Assembly: GCF_000315625.1 (NCBI RefSeq)
Contig: NW_005434660.1
Location: 531,911-595,910, forward strand
DNA: 64,000 nucleotides
Direction: 5' to 3'
From: Guillardia theta CCMP2712
Lineage: Eukaryota > Protista > Cryptophyta
Numbering within the stretch: position 1 is the first letter of the stretch; each line of letters starts with the position of its first letter. The position numbers and the translations under genes were made by a program. Of this stretch, positions 57,688 to 64,000 are shown piece after piece. The notes under the pieces were generated by a model, which saw only the letters and a program-made list of their open reading frames with translations, was not told the origin of the DNA and did no database searches.

Positions 57688-59177
57688 TCAACTCCGAGGC
57701 CTTTCATGCTCTACTGCCTCGTCGTGCATCTTGCGCCATAGATCATGCTGGTGGGCCTCGTGCAACAACAACTTGGCCTTGAGAGACTTAGGATTCGCTT
57801 TCACAGCCTCTTGCAACTGCTCTTTGAAACGCTTGCTCACCTTCCACGTCAAAGGACCTTTCTGACCAATGATCTTCCAGTATGGCATCGGAGACCACGG
57901 CTTCATAGTCGCTTCCTGTCTTGCCAATGGCGGCATCCCCACGTTCCCTTGCTCGTGCTTCTCTGCATTGACGGGGCTTCCTCTTACAGCCAGGTGGAGC
58001 GCACCCCCCTCCTGCGGTCTCGGCAGATCCTCCTGCTCGTCCTCGTCCTTGGCGATAGACCCTCCCACCTCACGGCTCACCAGGTGCGTGAGAACGTCAC
58101 CGGCTGGAGTCTCTTCCAACTTGGAGCGTCCAAGCTTGTGCGTTAGGCCGTACTGGGTGTCGTATCCGTCCGCATGCCTCTCTTCCTCCGTTCCTGTCGG
58201 GGCATCAGGATCGGGCCCAGACGGGTCATTGAGAGCAGTCCAGTCTGTTCTCAGCTTGTTCCTCGACGAGTGACTCCTAGACTTCTTTGGAATAGTCACA
58301 GAAACCTCCAAGCTCGATCTTGTCTTTTCAGGAAATCCCGAATGTAAGGTCGGCTTAGAGGTAGCCGAGTGTTGCGTCAAACTGACTTGGTGATTCGACG
58401 TTGAGGCACTGCTAGATGCCTGCTGTCACGTCACGTCAGATGCGTCTTTGCTTGGGGGATTTCGACATCATCTACCTTCTCTATAGTTGTTGCTGGGTGC
58501 ATAACGGCAAGGTGTGTTTGTCTTGGCGAAGAGTTCAGCTCCTGCTTGATCTCAGCCGCGGGTTGATGAAACGCGTTGCCACCCCTCGTGGGAATGTTCT
58601 GAAAATAATCTCCAAGATCCTGAGAGGCTTTTTTGGCGCTGCATGGATGATTCAGTCGCACGACATCATCAAGACTTGCACGTCACCTGTAGGATGCGAA
58701 CGGAGGCTTGACGTGCCTCGTCCCCGACCTCGAGTGCAAGGCGTTGACATTGTGTGTTGGTACAGAGTCAAAGTACTCGCCAAGATCCTTGTAAGCAGCT
58801 CTTGACCCCAACTTGCGAGCTGTCGGGGGTAACTCCTTGTGACGAGCATCTCGGGGAAGGGGGCTGCTCGTTGGGAGCTGATCGTAAAAAGCAAGGAGGT
58901 CGTTGAGAGCTGCAGAGTCTCCGAGCACATGCTTCGTGACCTCTACTCTACTCCCATGAGCTCCTCGTGCCGGCACCTTCCGGTCGCCCAAGCTCAACTG
59001 GCTCAACTGGAATGCTTGGCGATGGTGAGGGCTCGTGCTGGCTTGCACAAGGATCGGCAGCCGCTTCCCCTCACCCTGCTCATCGACTAAACTCTTATGA
59101 ACCACCAGCATCGCTACCGCAATCACCATCCCTGCCGCCCCCACCACACTCGCGAGGCCTCGAGTAGGAGCAGCCAT
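57688..59177 (-). CDS. Hypothetical type II membrane protein with three A-x-x-D-L-x-x-[YF]-[FY]-x-x-[LVI]-P-T repeats
   Basis: TM segment GLASVVGAAGMVIAVAMLVV; repeats AALNDLLAFYDQLPT, AAYKDLGEYFDSVPT and KASQDLGDYFQNIPT; long terminal exon 57688-58380. Confidence 0.65.
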
Positions 59178-59463
59178 GGCGTCCTTTCGCACCCAAGCCC
59201 GCATCCCCTCATCTACCCATATTCTGCTGCACCTGACAGGCACCTGAGGCAGACCTGAGGCAGCACCTGAGGCCCTCATCCAGCACTCACATCATGGACG
59301 GATCCCTGGAGATCCGCACCTGGATGCGCAGCTAGAGATCAGCACCTCTCCTCCCCCTCCTCCCCCTCCCCCTCCTACTCCCTCACCCCCCTCCCCCTCC
59401 TCCCCCTCCCCCTCCTACTCCCTCTCCTCCCTCCCCCTCCTCCCCCTCCCCCTCTCTCGCAGG

Positions 59464-61293
59464 CATGCTGCTCTCTCGTTGGCCCTATATGCAGTCACGG
59501 TGACAAGAAGCAGCATGGACGTATGTCATGGTACCTCCTCCTTTTCGCGTGCCGTCCCATCGTTGTTCCTCATCTCTTGCTGGTTTATTCTCTCACTTTC
59601 CCCCTGTTTTCACTATCGCCCTCACTCTCACCATCACCCTCCCGCCCCCACTGCACCTGCTGGGAGAATGAGCTCCTTCTCCTCCTGGTGTCTCACTTGT
59701 GCATGCTCCTTGCCTCACTGCAGACTGACGAAAAGGGGAAGAGAGCGAGGAGGAGGAGAAGGTGAGGAAGTTGAGGGCCTGGTTTGAGCAAGTCGGTGTC
59801 AAGTTCGATGAGCGATCGGTTCTCATCGAGTATCAAGGTGCCTTGAGCTGCGGGCGAGGAGGAGGCGCTGACTCGCTAGCAGAGGCATCAGGCTTCCGGA
59901 TAGTGGCAAGGTAGGAAAGGAAGAAGTGTACGGGATGATGACGAGGAGGTAGGAGGGGAGTGAAAAAGAACCATGGCATAGCTCGCATTCCCAAGCGAGC
60001 ATGTCTGTCTGTGCTCAATGTGCCGGAGGTCTCCGATCGCCTCGACGAGTTTGGCATAGACAGGGCGGAGGACATCGCCCTTGCTGCCGCCATCATGCAT
60101 GAGATGCTGAAAGGAAGCGAATCGAGGTAGAAGCATCCTCATATCACCCCATCACCCCCTCGCAGGCTTGCTCTCTGTCCTCTCCCCTCCTCATCTCTCC
60201 TCTGCAGGTGGTCTGGTTATCTTTCGTCCCTCCCTCCAGCAGGCGTCGATCTTCCCCTGCTCTGGGAAGCAGAGGATCTGCTGTAGAGCTGCTGCTGCTT
60301 CATCGTGAGCTAACATCACGCAGGAGCCTCAGAGGAACCGACGCCCTTCCTCAAGTCCTACAGGCGAAACAGCAGTACGAGCTAGACTGGTGCCCTCCTC
60401 CCTCTCGTGCTCAGTCTCCTCTCTCCCCCCACCTACCACTACCCATCCCTCCTCTGCCCTCATCCTCTCCTCTCCTCTCCTCTCCTCTCCTCTCCTCTCC
60501 TCTCCTCTCCTCTCCTCTCCTCTCCTCTCCTGCCCACGTTCTCCCTCCCGTGCCATTGCTCTTCCCCCTCCATGCCGCCTCTACCCACCCTCCTTCCCTC
60601 GCTCCCTCCTGATCCTCTGTCTTGGTTCTTGCTGTGATGAGCTGGTAGGCAGCACCGGGTGCGACCGCTGCTGCATCGCATGCTGACCGTCGACTCGTCG
60701 CTCCTTCACTTTCGCTGCTTCCTGGTGGCGTTAAGTTACGCGAGCTCGCGCGGCTTCTTCGTGGACGAAAGACACGGCGAGGTGAGGGGCGAAGGAGAGG
60801 GACGCGAGGATTCCGCATGTGGCAAGGAAGAGGCGGAGGGAGGAGGAGGGGAGGAGACTTGACATGGATGGAGCAGGCTCTTGTTCCTTTTGCCGATCTG
60901 TTCAACCACAAGGTGGCACACTTGCCACGTGAGCATGAAGTGTGGAAGCAGTCAGAGAAGGAAGAGGAGATGCAAGAGATGGAGAGCATGATTCAACTCC
61001 ACGATAGATCTCATCCTCATGGGGAAGAAAGTAGGAGGGAAGAGGAAGAGGTCGAGGACACGCATTCAGCTGAGATGGTAATCTTTTGCTTGCGATGCCA
61101 TGCCCTTCTTTTTCCGAGTACTTGGTCACTCGACTTTACTCATCCTTTCCCACATCGCGTTCAAGATGTCAACCGTCTGCATTGCTGAATCTCCATTGTC
61201 ATTTTCTGTCCAGCTTGCTTTCACAATCATCGCCTTCTTCGTCTCCGTCGTCGTGCATCACTATGATCATCATCATCATCATCATCATCATCA

Positions 61294-61344
<51 letters not shown>

Positions 61345-62675
61345 ATGTCTGGATGTATCAATGTTGTCTTGTTCTTCTGCTGACGCGAGACCCCCAGGAG
61401 ATCGCACTGACCAGCTCGAGCGAGGAGCAAGTCAATTTTCTCTGTGTTGCGTCGCTGGTTGACCTGCAGCCTCATCGGGAGATCTTCAACACTTACGGGG
61501 AGCACAGCAACTCCTTCCTCCTCCTCGCCTACGGCTTCATCCTCTCGCCCAACCTCTACGATGAGGTTTTCTCTTTCATGCCTCGTCGTCCCGCCCCTCA
61601 CCCACCCCCATCCCTTGCTCCCTCCAACCATCCTCCCGATCCCTTTCTGCTCCTTCCTTCTTTCTCCCCTTCCTTCATGCATGTCCTGCTCCTTCCTTCT
61701 TTCTCCCCTTCCTTCATGCATGTCCTGCTCCTTCCTTCTTTCTCCCCTTCCTTCATGCATGTCCTGCTCCTTCATGGCCTCCTGTCTTCATCGCTCCACT
61801 TGTCTTCGTGCTCCTACTGTTCCTCTTCCATTCACTTTCACTCGTCTCTTGTGCTATTCTCATCCTCCCCCCTCTCGTCTTGCTGCCTCCTCTTCTCTCA
61901 CTTGTACTCCTCCAGGTTTTGCTTCCTCCCCTGCTTCCACATGCTCAACAGCTGGTCGGGGAGGAAAGGTGTCAAGCACGGTTGCAGTGGGTCTCTCGCG
62001 TGTACCAACAGCTATCCTCCTCCTCCTCCTCCTCCTGGCCATGCCTTGCCATCCTCCGAGCCGCTCTAACAGGCTTCGTGCTCGAGGCTCGACATCGTTG
62101 TAGAGCTCCGCAGGTACTTGTGAGATACGAGGAGAGGAAGTGAAGGCTAGAAAGCAAAAGGAAGAGCCGGGCAGGGGGAGGGATGGAGAGAAAGGATGGC
62201 GAACGAGGCGTTTGAAGAAATCCGGGGGGAGGGGGCGAGGAAGACGGGGCCACTGAAGCGATGGGTAGGGAGCGGTTCTTTTTGCGGAGCTTTGCTCGCT
62301 GGAGGAAGAAGAATTCGAGGAGATGAGAAGGAGGGGAAGCGAAGAGGCTCTGCTGAGCTTGCGGGAAGTTGCACAAGTCGATCAGCACCTGGTAGCCCGC
62401 GAGGTGAGAGGAGGAGGGGAGGAAGGGAAGAAGAGGTGGAGAATAGAGGTGTCGCAGAGACTAATTACAAGGCTTGTCCTAGATCCTTCGATCGTCCCTG
62501 GAAGCGAAGAAAGCGATGCTGGAAGAAGAGGAGGGCTGTGATGTTGAGCAGGAGGAGGAGGAGGAGGAGGAGGAGGAGGAGGAGGAGGAAAAGGCGAAGC
62601 GGCGGAGACGTGGCATGTGCAAGGCTTACAGAGTTGGACACGTGGAACTGTTGGAGACAGCAAGGAAGCAATTGA
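59464..62675 (+). CDS. SETD6/Rubisco-LSMT-type SET protein lysine methyltransferase
   Basis: IARIPKRACLS, HEMLKGSESR|WSGYLSSLP...LPLLW, ASSRGFFVD, ALVPFADLFNH, EIFNTYGEHSNSFLLLAYGF. Termini are approximate. Confidence 0.85.
61647..61775. repeat. Intronic 39-bp minisatellite x3.3
   Basis: ctgctccttccttctttctccccttccttcatgcatgtc units at 61647, 61686, 61725 and 61764 (partial). Confidence 0.9.
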
Positions 62676-62699
62676 TAAAATGTGAATGAAGAAGAATTT

Positions 62700-63574
62700 G
62701 AAATTGAAGAAATCAAAGAGAAGGGGGGGGGGGGGGATGAACGGCTTTCTTCCGTCTTTCATTCCAGTAGAAGCATGCACATCCATCATGTCCTGTTCTC
62801 CTTGTTTCTGGTTCTGAGATATTGTTCTTCCGCCTAGTAGAAACAGTTGAACTTGAAGATAATCAAACTTTTCTCACCTCTCGCCTCTTCATCCTCAACT
62901 CCTTCGAGAAGACACGACCTGATGCAGATGCTCATGCGTTTTGCATCATCTTACTTCCCTTCTATCATCTTACTTCCCTTCTATCATCTTACTTCCCTTC
63001 TATCATCTTACTTCTCTTCTATCATCTAACCTCTTTCATCGGTTGAGGCTTACCGGGTTCTTTGTCTTTTGCGTCTAACGTCTCATCCTCCCATCTACAT
63101 CCAAGTCATCGACCATCACCTCTCAACATCACGCTCGTACAAGCTCTTTGCTCGTCCGGGCGATGAACTTTTCTGCGAGGGGTGAGAAGAAGCAGCGCAA
63201 CGAGAGCAAGTGAACCCGCATGCCCTCGGGGCCTTTTCCTTTTCTGGAGCAAATCAGCGGCGACACCGAATAAGCTCCTCACACCCTAAACCCTCACCTC
63301 TTGTTAATGGCTCGCAGTCTCTCTCGCTTGGCTGATGCCCTGGTCAAGGTCAAGCACAGCCCTCACTCCCTCGCTCCCTCCAAGCCTACGCGCATCGCTT
63401 ATCATGCTTCTGCTTCGCCTCGTCAATCTTTTGATCATCAAGGTCAAACGAGTCAAAGACTGAGGCAAGCAGACCCGACTTAACTTCTTGTCCTTGAGCC
63501 AAGGCTTCCTTCCCTTCCAAGGCTGAGCTACAATGAGCGCAAGACAAGGCGTCGGCAACACAGGCGGCGGCGGC

Positions 63575-63613
<39 letters not shown>

Positions 63614-63961
63614 GACTTGAGGCAACAGTCGTGTGAGAGCTGGAGAGCGTGAGAAATGAAATGAGGGAACAAAGGAAGAGAAAAACGTCGAGCAGAGAAA
63701 ACAACACTTGATGGAAACATAACTGCGAACGAGAAAGCGAGGAGTAGACAAGCAGAGACGACAAGAGATTGTGGACTATGAAAGGTTCGGAAGCGACGCT
63801 CGTACCTTCTCCACTCCTTTATATTTGGGTCCCTTCACCTTTCCCGCCCACCCGCCCAGCAGTCGTAGGGTCAAGTGAGGTTGCCAGGGATTCAACAAGC
63901 TCGCAGCGCTCTCCTCCTTCACTTGGAACAACCCTGCAAACAAGACCTGCAGTCCTGTCAC
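62700..63961 (-). CDS. 3' part of a hypothetical gene entering from beyond the window end
   Basis: Minus-strand exon-like segments separated by microsatellite-filled introns (for example 63776..63961 and 63386..63751). No family was recognised. Confidence 0.35.
62945..63027. repeat. 19-bp minisatellite x4.4
   Basis: atcatcttacttcccttct units at 62945, 62964, 62983, 63002 and 63021 (partial). Confidence 0.9.
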
Positions 63962-64000
63962 TTCTCCTCCTCCTCCTCCTCCTCCTCCTCCTCCTCCTCC

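Overview
Eukaryotic nuclear DNA: gene-dense, with many short spliceosomal introns, (GGA)n/(CCT)n-rich introns and two 100-N assembly gaps. The style suggests a cryptophyte such as Guillardia theta, but this is inference and was not verified. About 25 coding regions were identified. Recognisable ones: NOP58, ERI1-like exonuclease, GSTCD-type methyltransferase fused to R3H, DnaJ-Fer-type ferredoxin protein, DEK-C protein, signal-peptide UBX protein, chalcone-isomerase-fold protein, atypical STE-like kinase, two-PDZ protein, ATMIN/STOP1-like C2H2 protein, EF-hand and IQ proteins, and a SETD6/LSMT-type methyltransferase. Main findings: (1) one gene fuses a Polycomb RING1-type finger to an AWS-SET domain, a ULM-like motif and a Set2 SRI-like domain, and has lost the post-SET zinc site; (2) two inverted bHLH-PAS-like paralogs with near-identical 5' parts and divergent 3' ends flank an 11.3-kb block that could be invertible; (3) an almost invariant 31-bp AT-rich element occurs at three same-strand sites about 25.4 kb apart, each beside a CCGG-rich island, and CCGG islands and TACCCC/GGGGTA clusters mark intergenic 5' regions; (4) a ~5.6-kb palindrome at the window start carries a GATA-like zinc-finger ORF in each arm. 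Exon boundaries were inferred by eye, so gene limits are approximate. No rRNA, tRNA, CRISPR array or transposase was seen.
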